This document shows positions 38,183-51,120 of a stretch of 64,000 nucleotides of DNA, one piece after another. Under the pieces are notes generated by a model, which was not told the DNA's origin, ran no database searches, and saw nothing but the letters and a program-made list of their open reading frames with translations. The stretch's first letter is position 1. Each line of letters opens with the position of its first letter. The DNA comes from Octopus vulgaris (lineage: Eukaryota), in assembly GCA_951406725.2 (NCBI GenBank), contig OX597824.1, forward strand, positions 72,230,001 to 72,294,000, given 5' to 3'. The position numbers and the translations under genes are program-made.

Positions 38183-38825
38183 CAATGAATTTTTACTCTA
38201 CAAATGTATAAAATAACCCATCAGATTAATGTAAAGTTGTTTTTATTATAACTAACATAAAAACAAACATTAGCATATACACACACACACACACACTGCC
38301 TGACATATATAGAACTGGCAAAGTTGTACTGCAACTATAGTGGAGCTGTATCAGTGATCAGGTCACTGTTGTGCCAATTCATCATGCTTGTGCAGGCTTG
38401 ATATATTTGAGTTAGCAACGGAAGTTGTAGGAGGAGGAGCAAAAGTAACAGTGGTAGACATGTATCACTTTTTACTTTTACAAATATATACTGTTGTTAC
38501 TTAGCTTCCTTGGTGGTGGATCGGGGAAACTGTTTGAATGTAGTATCAGTAGTGGCTCTCTTATGTTCTAACTGCAATTTATGAAAAAGGCTGGTGCCAA
38601 GCTGTATTGGACTTCAAGCCTTTCCTTGGACAAAGCTTGTGGTGCAGAGAGAAGAACGACTTATAAACATGTGTAAACTGCAGGTCGTCTCTAAAAGAAC
38701 CTTGCCCAGGCCTGGCTTATAAGTGTAGATATATGGTCAATCTTGATCAAGCTGACCTTTGATCAAATGTATTCCAGTAATATCCATCCCATCTCTTAAG
38801 GACTACATTATCTAATTATTTCCTT

Positions 38826-39221
38826 ATTAGCAATATAGCCCGGCGTTGCTCGGGTTTGTTTTCTTTTCGACCCTTTAGAATTGGAATTTTTGAAAAGTAA
38901 ACATTTTGCATTATGTAGCTTGTTATTCTCTTTGAGTGAACATTTTTCTGGTTAAAATACACCAAAAAAATGGCAATGCAGCAGTCAAAAAATTGTAAAA
39001 AATAGGGATTTTCATAGGAAAAAAGCACCTTTTTTATGTAAATAATTTTTGATTTTAACATGGTCCGATTTGAATTTTTTCTTCTACGGAATGAAGAGCA
39101 AACCTTCTATCATACTCTCAATTTTGGTCAACTTGTGCCACAGGGTCTCGGAGGAGATAGTGTTGGTTGAAGCCTACCAAACCTGCCACACACAGACGAC
39201 TTCAGCTTTATATATATAGAT
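38826..39221 (+). mobile_element. Helitron/Helentron-like element, copy 2
   Basis: Highly similar to 29918-30312. Confidence 0.65.
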
Positions 39222-39401
39222 TTAAAACCGTTGGTTTGGAGCCAAGGAAGAGTTGACTGCTATGTCTAGATCGTTGAGTGACCATGTAGTAGTAATAGTT
39301 ACAGCAGCAGCAATGGTTTTCTTGACATATATTATCTCTGTTATAGTGAGGTTATTTGTGTGCACTACACTATCACTTAGAGTAAGGTTATTTATCTAGA
39401 C

Positions 39402-39705
39402 CAGTGGTTCCCAAAGTGGGTGATGCTGCCCCCACTTTCCCACTGGGGAGTGAGACAGCAGTGGAAAGATCCAGGAAGTGTTGAAGAAAAGTGGAACGAT
39501 AATGGGGTGGCCAGGTAGTGGGGTGATGGATGTAAAAACAACAAAATAATGGGATAATTAGATTAAGTTTTATTTGTGAAATATAGTTGTTTTGAATGTA
39601 CTGCAGAAAATAGTCTATTTTTGTGGCAGTGAGTGGGAGAGGACACTAGGAATGTATCCTGGGTATCAAGTGGGTGGCAGTCCAAAAAAAGTTTCAAGAC
39701 CACTA
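39402..39705. mobile_element. hAT (Charlie-like) MITE
   Basis: CAGTGGTTCCCAAA start and an exact 8-bp target-site duplication ATCTAGAC (39394-39401, 39706-39713). Confidence 0.85.
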
Positions 39706-39838
39706 ATCTAGACAATATACTATCTCTGTTATGGTAAGGTTGTTTGTGTGAAGAATACTATCACTTATAGGAAGCCTATTTAACAAGACATACACTATAT
39801 CTCTTATAATAAAGTTCTTTGTTTCTTTTTGTTCTCAG

Positions 39839-40359
39839 ATTTAGACAACAATAATAATGAGTCGATCAGTGTAATGAAAACGACAGTCACTCAGTCCGCG
39901 CCATTGATTAATCTCGAAATCTCCGAGGCAGAAACATCAAAAGCAACCCACCAACCCCATCAAAGAAGTGCCAGTTCAGATTCTGGTCTGGCAGCTTCTT
40001 CGTTATCTTCATCACCAGTGTCATCATCGTCATCAACATCGATCCAGCCTCCTGCTCTCCTAAGACGCTGGCAGAATTCGAAAACGAAAAACCAACGGCC
40101 ATCAAGTTCAGACTTGTCCATCTCTCCTAAGAGTGATGACACCAATTTTGAGACTGAGCCAAAGACGGAAGCACCTCTGAATTCCACATTTCCTCCTCGA
40201 CATTCTGTCAATTTGGAGACACCACCCTTGATACAAACAAGGAAAAGATCAGATAGTTGTGACCAGTTGTTATTCCAGGTGAGAGATATCCGTAGCTATG
40301 CAAGAGAAAAGGAAAATACCAGCAGAACTGCAACTTTTTTGCCAAAATTAGATAACCAG
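39839..40359 (+). CDS. LMO7: LMO7-like exon 11 (alternative in-frame donor at 40278)
   Basis: gttctcag|AT. Ser-rich ORF containing PPALLRRWQ. Donors CAG|gtgaga (40278) and CAG|gtacga (40359) are both phase 0. Confidence 0.85.
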
Positions 40360-40587
40360 GTACGAAATTTTTGTTGTTGCTGTTAATGTTATTGTCCATT
40401 GTTGTTAGTTACAACTAGGTTCATTGCCTCAAAATAGGGGCACAAAACTTCAAAATAGTGATACAGTGGACTGGAGAAAACTTGTTCATACAAGAAAATT
40501 TAAAATTTAAAATAAAAACAACTTAAACAAGAGCACTCAGGGAGCACAAGCCTCCGTCAAGGCAACACCAACGTTCTCTCAACGATT

Positions 40588-40961
40588 CATCATCATCATT
40601 GTTCAACTGTGGTTGAGACAATGGAATTTACCATGCTACGCCAGACTTCACGGTCCATCATAGCATTACGGAGGTCCTGTTGCTGGATGCCTGTATCCCT
40701 GGAGATTACATCAGGTGAGGAGAGTGTGTGCCCTCTGGTATTGCGAGTAGATGGCTTCCAGAGGAGAAGAGTAGAAATTGCCTCATTTTCAGCTCTACAA
40801 CAATGTCCAGCAAACTGGATTCTCCTACCTTTCACAAGAGATGACACAGGTGGTAGTTTCCCATATAATTGCATTTTGGTTGGATGACGCTTCCATGAGA
40901 GATTTTGAGCTCTCATAAGGAGGCGAGTGTAGGTTCCATCCAACCGCCTCTCAAGCTTCTT
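40588..40961 (-). mobile_element. 5'-truncated RTE-like LINE 3' end
   Basis: Open ORF2 C-terminus (DGTYTRLLMRAQNLSW...RRIQFAGHC...AMMDREVWR), (TGA)n tail, and target-site duplication TCAACGATT. Confidence 0.88.
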
Positions 40962-41327
40962 TCAACGATTAGCCAGAGATGATTTTTAAATGAGAATATC
41001 TTATATTATGTACTGTTTACATTTTATTGTGGCACCAACTCCAGAGAGGTTGTCATGCCCTTGACAAAATTAAAGGGTGCTCATGACCTCACATCTCTGC
41101 TCATTTGCCAGGTACTTTTGGCCTTTTTAAGAGTGTTTAAGATTAGTGGATAACGGGAAGAAGTTTTCTCCAGACTAGGTCAGGTGGTGGAGTAAAACAA
41201 ATAGTTGAAAGCATTAAATCTAGCATCTAAAAGTATTCTTTATGAGATACTAATGTTGTTAATATCTCGTGGGAAGTTTAGTTTATAACAAGGTAAACTT
41301 TCTCATTTACACAAACAATCTCTCTAG

Positions 41328-41518
41328 GTTCGATTGCAAACAACTACTGCCAAAGACCAACCAGCCACAGAGAACCTCATAGAGAAAGTTGAGAAGAACT
41401 CTGATAATTTTTCGGCACCATTAAAGATCCAGATTCCCCCACAGATACCAGTTTCGACTTCACATTTGCAGATTGACCCTAAAAACCAAATGCCACAAGC
41501 AACAATGAATAACAAAGG
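41328..41518 (+). CDS. LMO7: LMO7-like exon 12
   Basis: tctctag|GTT. Reads VRLQTTTAKDQ...MNNKG. Donor GG|gtaaga, phase 2. Confidence 0.8.
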
Positions 41519-42010
41519 GTAAGACTTAAATTTGACTACATCTCCAATTCTGCTGCATACTCCAATCCTTTCTTTTTTCTGATCTCTTGTGATTTATCAT
41601 CATCATCATTATTATCATTTTAACATCCACATGCATGCACACACACACACACATGCACTGGACTTGTTTCAGTTTCTGTCTACCAGATCCACTCACAAGA
41701 TTTTGTTCGGCCCAGAGCTTTAGTGGAAAACACTTGCCCAAGGTGCTACGCAGGGGAACTGAACCTGAAATCATGTGGTTGGGAAGCAAACTGCTTAATT
41801 ACACCCATGCCTGCACTTCACTGTTATCTTTTTTGTTGTTGATTTTCATTTTGGTTTGTTTTAGTACATATTTCATCATCCTCCCCCATCATTAATCAGT
41901 AATGTTCTGCTGTTGAAAATATCAATGTGTTGTGAAGAGAAGAGAATGAAAATCTTTACTCAGAAAGCTCCCTTTTTTTTTCCTCTTTTTTTATTTTATA
42001 ATGGTAAATA

Positions 42011-42566
42011 CAGTGTGGACTAAAATGATCTGACACATTTGGAGGCTTAATAAAAGCACAAAATAAGAAATAATGAAAAGAAAAATTTTATTTTCTGAAT
42101 GTACATATAATGCCATTTTATTTTATTAAGTTTTAAAAATTAAATCAGCTAAATGCTTCCCATCATTGTCAACACACTGTTGTAGACGTTCATGAAAGTT
42201 ATCGATAACTCCATGGATCATTTCTTCTGGAATGGTGAAATGTGATTTCTTCCTGTGGGGATATTTAAAATCAAAAGTATTCAGTCATCGCCCTCGATCT
42301 ATTGGTGAATTAAAACATGCAATTTGTGTAGAAATAACAACTATTCCAGAAGAAATGATCCATAGAGTTATCGATAACTTTCATGAACGTCTCCAACAGT
42401 GTGTTGACAATGATGGGAAGCATTTAGCTGATTTAATTTTTAAAACTTAATAAAATAAAATGGCATTATATGTACATTCAGAAAATAAAATTTTTCTTTT
42501 CATTATTTCTTATTTTATGCTTTTATTAAGCCTCCAAATGTGTCAGATCATTTTTGGTCCACCCTG
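42011..42566. mobile_element. Tc1/mariner-derived foldback made of two 3' ends
   Basis: About 226-bp arms (42011-42236 and 42340-42566) with TA flanks. Carries the transposase C-terminus CDFFLWGYLKSKVF...ERLQQCVDNDGKHL. Confidence 0.92.
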
Positions 42567-43377
42567 TATATTCACTTGGTAACTACATGCTTTTGTGTTC
42601 TATTTCACTGCGCATCACACTGGATACATTGATACCAACCAGTGGTTTGTGAGTGGTAGAACTGGAAGGCAGACCATGTAGCCTGCCATGTGAATGTATA
42701 TATGTATGTGTGTTTGTGTGTAATATATGGTGTATATGTCTGTGTATGTATGTGTTTGTATACATATTTGCATGACTGTTGTTATCATGACTGATTATTC
42801 TGGTGCTTTGAAGACTAGTGGTATAAAAATCCCTTTCTTGAAAAAGAGGTACAGATTGGTGACAGGGAAAGTATCCGACCATAAAATGCTACTTCAAAAG
42901 TGTCCCCTGTCCCAAACCCATGTAATCAATGAAAAACGGTTGTAAAAATGAATGCATGAAGTGCACTAACCTTATCATTTTGTTTTAATTTATGTAGTTG
43001 TTTGTGTGTCCATCTCTTAAATCCTTTGAGCCTGCAAGTAAGCTTTGGTGGGCACAGTTTTATTTGACTACATTCCTGGAAGACACAAAAACCGGTGGCT
43101 ACATTGTTTTGTGTTGATGGCTTGTAGAATTGGCAGAAACATTGCTATTTTCAATCATTAACACAAAAAAAAAAAAACTATGCAGCTGCCCACTTTTGTT
43201 TTTTCTAGGGTTATTAGTCAAATGAAACTGTGCTCATTAAGTGTACTTATAGGTTCAAAAAGTTAAGAAAATCGTGTCTTGACCACAGATAATGCTAGTA
43301 AAAAACATGAACCACCAAATTCCTAATTTATCCTTTTAATAGCCCTTACTCAATCACTCATTTTCTTACTATCATAG

Positions 43378-43457
43378 AAGCAATCTCCCGGAATATAATT
43401 TCAATGTGGAACTAACATATGGAGAGAAAGTGGCTGACAGAAGTTCAGATGACGAAG
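43378..43457 (+). CDS. LMO7: LMO7-like exon 13
   Basis: atcatag|A. Reads SNLPEYNFNVELTYGEKVADRSSDDE. Donor G|gtgaga. It bridges phase 2 to phase 1 as the neighbouring exons require. Confidence 0.8.
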
Positions 43458-43797
43458 GTGAGAACTGTTTCTCATTCTTTCTTGTTATATGTAATACTGA
43501 AAATTTTAGGAGAAAATTTATGATATATTATTCTTGTTTTTAATTATCAATTTCTAGCAAGGGTATAAAGCTTCCAAGTTCTTTTTTTAAACATTATTTA
43601 TGAGTATTTAAAATGTTTCTATGTAGCAGATAAGTGGAAGAGTCATTAGAGTCGTGGACAAAAAAAACCTCATGGCATTTGTTCTGACTTTCTGCGATAT
43701 GAATCCAAATCCTACTGAGGGTTTGGGCTTTCAAAAGTTTTGTTCGTGGTGGATAAAAAAAAAACGGCAGTCTAACATTAGCATGTCAGATAGATTA

Positions 43798-44540
43798 CTG
43801 TAAATCCTCGAGTATAGTCCACCCTTGAGTATAATACGCAGTGGATTTTTAGGGGGCTGTACCTCTGAAAAACCTAAACTTTGTGTATAATACGCACCCT
43901 TTCTCTAACTTGAGTCAAGGAGGTCTATATAATGTCCTTGGTTTGTAAAAATGTATACGGTAACGTCCTTTATTATTATTGTATATATAACATAATGCAA
44001 ACATGTAGCTTTTTTGTGCATTTTGTTTGCAGAAAATAAAGAAATAACAGTAATAACGTTTAATAAATGTTGCTTATTGCAAGTTATGGACGATTCTTTT
44101 ATTACGTCATTGCTTTCAGGCTTAGCTGAAGGTATTTTCGCGCCCGACATTACAAAATGTGTCTGAATAAACATTGCCGGACAGCAAATAGAGACTCGGA
44201 CATTGCTTAGAAAATAATTTTCATTTTTAACCTCGTATATATATTTCTTTATTACCCACAAGGGGCTAAACACAGAGGGGACAAACAAGGACAGACATAG
44301 GTATTAAGTCGATTACATCGACCCCAGTATGTAACTGGTACTTAATTTATTGACCCCGAAAGGATGAAAGGCAAAGTCGACCTCGGCGGAATTTGAACTC
44401 ACAACGTAACACAGACGAAATACTGCTAAGCATTTCGCCCGGTGTGCTAACGTTTCTGCCAGCTCGTATATAGTATGCACTAGGGATTTTGACCTTTAAA
44501 TTTTGGGGAAAAAATGTAGATTATACTCGAGGATTTACAG
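43798..44540. mobile_element. Tc2/pogo-like MITE copy 2 with a nested family A SINE (44242-44466, -)
   Basis: Same TIRs as 32054-32565. The SINE is flanked by a ctcgtatata duplication, and the empty site is visible in copy 1. Confidence 0.9.
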
Positions 44541-45761
44541 TACCTTATGGTATTTCTTCTAACTTTGTATGATGGGAGCTCAAATCTCAGTGAGGTCAAC
44601 TTTATCTTTCATCCTTTCGGGAGTGATAAAAAGTGTAGCAATCCAAATGTGGATTGCAGCATTGTTAGAGAAATCAAATCAGATACCACAAGATGCCTTG
44701 TAGTATATATTTGATTCTTTGTGTTCAGACAGCAATACTAGTGTCGAGTTCTCTCATCTTTATGGTAAGGACCTTTCTCTTGGACAACATTGGTGGCTTG
44801 AAGAGAGGAGACTTGCATATGCATGGGCTACTACCAGTCCCACACACAAAAATATAAAAGAAAACGTTGCCTAAGCTTGTGAATATAGGTGGATATACAT
44901 GGTCAACCCTGGTCAACACAACCTTTGACTGATTTAATTTGTAGCCATTTTATGCATAAAATTTGCTTTTGATGTCAATTTAGTGGGTATGAAATGTTTT
45001 TATAAGTATAAAAGAGTAACAGAAGCGAGACAGAGTTGTCTACTCTTAGCTCATTGCCCTTGTCTCTCCAGAAGCAAAGCCTCTGTGATTGCACAGACTG
45101 ATACAGAATTGAACTTCTTCTTCTTCAACTTCAGCTTTTGCCTGCATTATTCTGTAGCTGTCTCTCTTCAATAGTTTCAGTTGCCAATTTCATTTACAAG
45201 GAATTGGTCAGCCTGAGGCTATAGTAGTTGCACAGTGCCATGCAGTGAAATAGAACCTGAAATCATATGGTTATAAGGAAAGCTTCATATCTATATAGAC
45301 ATACCTGCGTCTGTCTGTTTGCATGTACGTATAAGCAAATAAAGAGTAATGCTAAATAAATTCAAGAATACTATTTACCACAGTTTTTAGTTTCATCTTC
45401 TGAATCTTTGGAAATACTACTCTCCCTTTCACCATTTTCTTTCTATCTGTCTGTCTGTCTCTCTCTTTTTCTCCTTTACACTCTCTCTCATTGCTCACAT
45501 GTGACCATCGTCCATCTTTCTTTTTCTTACGTAATGATCTTTTTTTTCCTTCATGGCTGTCATAGAGTCTGCATGTATCCCATCTGTCTCTCTCTTCTAT
45601 CTTTCCTCTTGTCAAAAAGAATATTTCTCCAGCATTCCCTATTTTACCTTCATCTGGTCTAATGACCCTCCATGTTTGTTTTCGTTTGGTTTCCTTATAT
45701 GTCTCCACTGTCCTGTTTTTGACAAGCATATTAATGTTTTCTCTCTGATATCATTTGTCAG

Positions 45762-46063
45762 GTAAAATCTACAGGAGTTTGATGAACAACAGAAGCCAGC
45801 TTCTGACTTCCCCTTCCAGAGATGGAGAAGAGGACGAAGATGAAGAGGATGAAGCAGCAAAGGAGCAGGAGAGGATAGAAGAGCGTGAGCAAGCTGCATT
45901 GGATGCACAGAAACGCACGCTTGAGGAGCAGCGCATGATCGCACAGGAGCGGCAACTGATTGAAGAGGAGAAAAAGAAGCGGCTCCAAGAGCAGCAGCAG
46001 CGTAAAGAAGCCGAAGAGAAAAGACGACTGCAGGAGAAGGAAGTGCTACTGCAGCATGAGAAG
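45762..46063 (+). CDS. LMO7: LMO7-like exon 14, coiled coil
   Basis: tttgtcag|GT. E/Q/R/K-rich helix. Donor AAG|gtaaga, phase 0. Confidence 0.88.
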
Positions 46064-47969
46064 GTAAGATATTCTTGTTACTTCATTATCCCACCTTCCT
46101 TCATGCTCACTACCATTATTATCAAAAAGCGACTAGGCAAAGTAACACTACATGCCTCTCTGTGGTCACTTGACCAGTTAGAAACTGCAGCCAAATCTCC
46201 ACTAAATCATACACTACTATCATCATCATCATCATCATCATTTTAACATGTACTAACAGTATCGCCCGGTATTGCTTGAGTTTGTTTCGACCCTTTAGAA
46301 TTGGAATTTTTGAAAAGTAAAAATTTTGCATTATGTAGCTTGTTATTCTCTTTAAGTGAACATTTTTCTGGTTGAAATACACTGAAAAATGGTGACACAG
46401 CAGTAAAAAAAAATCATAAAAAAAGGTGGCTTTATCTCAGATGTTGTGCAAGTATTAAAATGTAATAGTGGGACTAATACAAGTATCTTGCAACAGTGAA
46501 AGTACATGGTTAAGTTTTTGGTCAGCCCATGGCTATAGTAAAAGTCACTTGCTAAAGATGCTGCACTGTGAGACTGGACCTGAAACTATTTGGTAACAAA
46601 GCAAATTTCTTAATTCACAGTTATGTCTGCTGTCTTCTAGATATACATAATACTTGCAAAAATATGCTTTGGGATGGTCACTGCTTTAATCGGGGCTGAT
46701 CTGGTGTAAATGATGAGTTACAAAAATTGGTAGAGCACCAATATTTAATTAGGCTTCTTTGCATAATGTTCAAATAGTATATCCCACCCTGGGTCAACTT
46801 TGGTTTTCTTTTGTCCTTCCCAGGAGTCTGTTACATAATTGGGGAGTAAATACCAGGCATGTGTCAGGGTCAATATAATATGTAGACACATGTGTGGCTG
46901 TGTGGTAAGAAGTTTGCTTCCCAACTACATGGTTCCAGGTTCAGTCCCACTGCATGGCACCTTGGGAAAGTGTTTTTGTGTTATCTACTATAGCCTCAGG
47001 CTGGCCAAAGTCATGTCAGTGGATTTGGTAGACAGAAACTGAAAGAAGCTCATCATGTGTGTGTGTGTTTGGATCTGTGTTTATCCCTCACCACTGCTTG
47101 TTGGTGTTGGTGTGTTAATAGAGAAATAAGAAAAGGTTAAAAAGTGGGACAGAGAGCAGAGATATATGTCAAATAAAGACAGAAATGAAGGCTAGAAGTA
47201 CATGCACAATACAGAGAATGTGTATGTTCTCATATACTGTAACTTAACAGTTCAGTAAAAAAAAAATAACAGAATAAATACCATATTTAAAAAATAGTAC
47301 TGAGACCAATTTATTCTGCTAAAATTCTTCAAGGTAGTGACCGAGCATGGTCATAGTGTAATGATCGAAACAAGTAAAAGAATAAAATTCACCACTCCTG
47401 TACAACTTAGAAGCTTGTAATTATGTTAGAAATTATTATTTCATGCCCTGCCATTATTTCTCTTTTTATCCCCTACTTCTTACATGAGTAGAAGAGAAAT
47501 GGTGGCACAGTGGTTTAGGGCATTGACTTATCAGCTGTTAGGCTTTAAGTTCATTTCCATGTGTATTCAGGTAGTAAGTATATTTCATTCTAGATATTTC
47601 ATTTCAGTCAAATTGGTAAGAATGTAACCTCTGATAGGCTAAAGTCTTATCCAGGGTGAGATTTCTCACTTCTCTGCTTCACATCGTGAATTAGCAACTA
47701 GCAACCCTTAGAAGGGCTTGGAATTTTTAAAGATTTCCTTTGTGCATACAAGCGTTTGTGCACACGCGCAATACACACACACACGTGAATCCTCTAATTT
47801 TTCTGTCCTCTGGTGATGAACTCAGAAACTAAGGATCTAATAGAATTTACATGGCCTTTAGTCTGGATATATTTGTGATTATGTCTGTTTATCTGTATAC
47901 ATATATCTGTGTCTATATTTATGTGTATGTGTGAATTTGTGAGTTTGTATCTATCTGTGTGAGTGTGTC

Positions 47970-48293
47970 TCATCATCATCATCATCATCATTTAACGTCC
48001 GCTTTCCATGCTAGCATGGGTTGGACGGTTCAACTGGGGTCTGGGGAGCCCGAAGGCTGCACCAGGCCAGTCAGATCTGGCAGTGTTTCTACAGCTGGAT
48101 GCCCTTCCTAACGCCAACCACTCCGAGAGTGTAGTGGGTGATTTTATGTGCCACCGACACAGGTGCCAGATGAGGCTGGCGAACGGCCACGCTCGGATGG
48201 TGTTTTTTATGTGCCACCGACACAGGTGCCAGACGAGGCTGGCAGACGGCCACGCTCGGATGGTGTTTTTATGTGCCACCGACACAGGTGCCA
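47970..48293 (-). mobile_element. Family D retroposon with 62-63-bp internal tandem units
   Basis: (TCA)n tail at left; the unit atgtgccaccgacacaggtgcca... starts at 48146, 48209 and 48271. Confidence 0.85.
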
Positions 48294-48365
48294 ACTGTAA
48301 TAATAAAGATGATGAGCTTACTGCATTCAGTGTTCAGGTGTACTATAGCTTATCAGAAAAGGTTG

Positions 48366-48598
48366 AAGGCGGCGAGCTAGCAGAAATATTAGCATGCCGG
48401 GCGAAATGCGTAGCCGTATTTCGTCTGTCATTATGTTGTGAGTTCAAATTCCGCCGAGGTCGACTTTGCCTTTCATCCTTTTGGGGTCGATAAATTAAGT
48501 ACCAGTTACGCACTGGGGTCGATATAATCGACTTAATCCGTTTGTCTGTCTTTGTTTGTCCCCTCTATGTTTAGCCCCTTGTGGGCAATAAAGAAATA
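48366..48598 (+). mobile_element. SINE family A
   Basis: Full length, with target-site duplication agaaaaggtt. Confidence 0.9.
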
Positions 48599-48860
48599 AG
48601 AAAAGGTTAAAAAGTGGGACAGAGAGCAGAGATATTAGTCAAATAAAGAAAGACAGCAATGAAAGTTAGAAGTACATGCACAATACAGAGAATGTGTATG
48701 TCCCTATATATCTGGGGTGATGGTGGGTGATTGATGACAGTAATTGTGCTCATGGTTGGTGTAGTAATGGTATTTGAAGTAGTGCGAGGAAGATTATTTA
48801 TTATGTGCATGCATGTAGTACTCAGTTTCTACACCTCTCAGAACTATCAATTACTTGCAG

Positions 48861-49152
48861 GAACAATTGGAAAAAGAGAAGCAAAGAATAGAGGAGGAAA
48901 AACAGAGAGTGGATGAGGCCCGACGGATGCTGCAGGAACAAAAACAGCAGTTAGAAGAAGAAAAGAAGATGATGCATCGGGCCTCTTTGTCTGGCACTAT
49001 TGAGAAAGCAATCCAACAACCATCTTTCTCTGCTGCTCAGCCTCTGCATTCAGACTCTTCAAGGACAATGCAACCGCTTTCTTCTTCTCCGTCTCGTCTT
49101 TCTACGACGTCAAATTCAAAATATGTTGCACCACGGCCCAGAGCATCTTCCG
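48861..49152 (+). CDS. LMO7: LMO7-like exon 15, coiled coil continued
   Basis: cttgcag|GAA. Reads EQLEKEKQRIEEEKQR...RASS. Donor G|gtaatt, phase 1. Confidence 0.88.
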
Positions 49153-49280
49153 GTAATTTTTCTTTTGATCTATCTTTTGGTTGTTTTCCCCATGCTAGAA
49201 TAAAAATGAAAAATTCTTTTTTTTTTTTTTCTCTGAAAATTTGGATAAAACATTAAATGTTAAACTGATTAATAGATGTA

Positions 49281-49690
49281 CTCTTTACTCTTTTACTAGT
49301 TTCAGTCATATGACTGCGGCCATGCAGGAGCACCGCCTTTAATCGAGCAACTCGACCCCGGGACTTATTCTTTTGTAAGCCCAGTACTTATTCTATCGGT
49401 CTCTTTTGCCGAACTGCTAAGTAACGGGGATATAAACACACCAGCATCAGTTGTCAAGCAATGCTTGGGGGACAAACACAGACACACAAACACGCATATA
49501 TATATATATATATATACATATATCCGACGGTCTTCTTTCAGTTTCCATCTACCAAATCCACTCACAAGGCTTTGGTCAGCCCGAGGCTATAGTATAAGAC
49601 ACTTGCCCAAGGTGCCACGCAGTGGGACTGAACCCAGAACCATGTGGTTGGTAAACAAGCTACTTACCACACAGCCACTCCTGTGCCTAT
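49281..49690 (-). mobile_element. SINE family B
   Basis: Well-preserved reverse-complement copy. Confidence 0.9.
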
Positions 49691-50491
49691 GTGTTTGTTA
49701 AAAAAAAACAAGGAACAAAAGAGCATAAAAAATAGCAAAGCCATCACAAGCATCTATTACTTGATAGTATACATCATGCTTTGGTTGATTGTTTTTTTTA
49801 GGTGCCTAAGTAGTCAAAAGCTGACATTGATACCTTGTATTATGCAATCTTGTTCAGTTGCGCAGTATTAGCGTAGTACTTGCGGGTTTCTAATACTCGG
49901 CCCTCTTACCCTTAACCCAAGTAACGTTGAGGATATGAAAGATTCAAGGAGAGAGAGAGAGAATTGCATCTGCACTTGGCTGGTGTTCATGTTCAATTGA
50001 GTAGACTGAAGCAACATGAAATGAAGTGTCTTGCACGAATATATTATATGCTACCTGATTCAGAAATCAAAGCCTCGATCTTATGATCATGCAGTTAGCA
50101 CCCTTACCACTAAGCTCACACCTTTATTTAAAATTTTACTAGATTAATCCTTTTATTTCACTTATTCCAGTTTATATGTATTTTAGTTTTCTTCAGCTAT
50201 TAACGTAAATAATTAATTGATTGATCAACTTACCTGAATCAGTGATGATTATCTCTATTTTTAGGAGAGCACCTCTCTTACTAAGACTACTGGGAGGTTT
50301 TATCACGTTGATTTAATGTCCATTTATTCATGGTAGCATGGATTTAGATAGTGAATTCTTTGAGGCAGATTTTATGGTTGGATGCACTCATCATAGTGAC
50401 TGATCATAATTTCAACAAAGCATGTCAACGTTACCATTGTTTCACTAAACCAGTGATAAACATAATTTATTAGCATTCATACACATACACA

Positions 50492-50922
50492 TAGGCACAG
50501 GAGTGGTTGTGTGGTAAGTAGCTTGCTTCCCAACCGCATGGTTCCGGGTTCAGTCTCACTGCGTAGCACCTTGGGCTAGTGTCTTCTACTATAACCTTGG
50601 GTCGACCAAAGCCTTGTGAGTGGATATGGTAGACGGAAACTGAAAGAAGCTCGTTGTATATATGTATATACATATATGTGTATGTGTGCATATGTGTTTG
50701 TGTGTCTGTATTTGTCCCCCCCCCCCCAACATTACTTGACAACCGATGCTGGTGTGTTTACGTCCCCGCCACTTAGCAGTTCGGCAAAAGAGACTGATAG
50801 AATAAGTACTAGGCTTACAAAGAATAAGTCCTGAGGTCGATTTGCTCAACTAAAGGCGGTGATCCAGCATGGCCGCAGTTAAATGACTGAAACAAGTAAA
50901 AGAGTAAGAGAGAGTAAAAGAG
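50492..50922 (+). mobile_element. SINE family B
   Basis: Well-preserved copy with an (AAGAGT)-like tail. Confidence 0.9.
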
Positions 50923-51120
50923 TAGTCACATGCATTTGTACACACAATTTGTGAAATTCCCTCACAAGGCATTGATTAGCTTGAGGCTAGAGTACAAGGC
51001 ATTCAAGCAAGGTACCGTACAGTGAGACTGAACCCCTTATATTTAATATTGTAAATCAGTATAAATTCTTTGTGAAATTTACTCCTTTCTTCATTTTAAC
51101 ACTTTTTTTCTTTTTTATAG

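Noticed and set aside
48165-48190. CAGATGAG...CGAAC resembling a hammerhead core
   Set aside because: Both core motifs are mismatched and the next repeat unit does not keep them.
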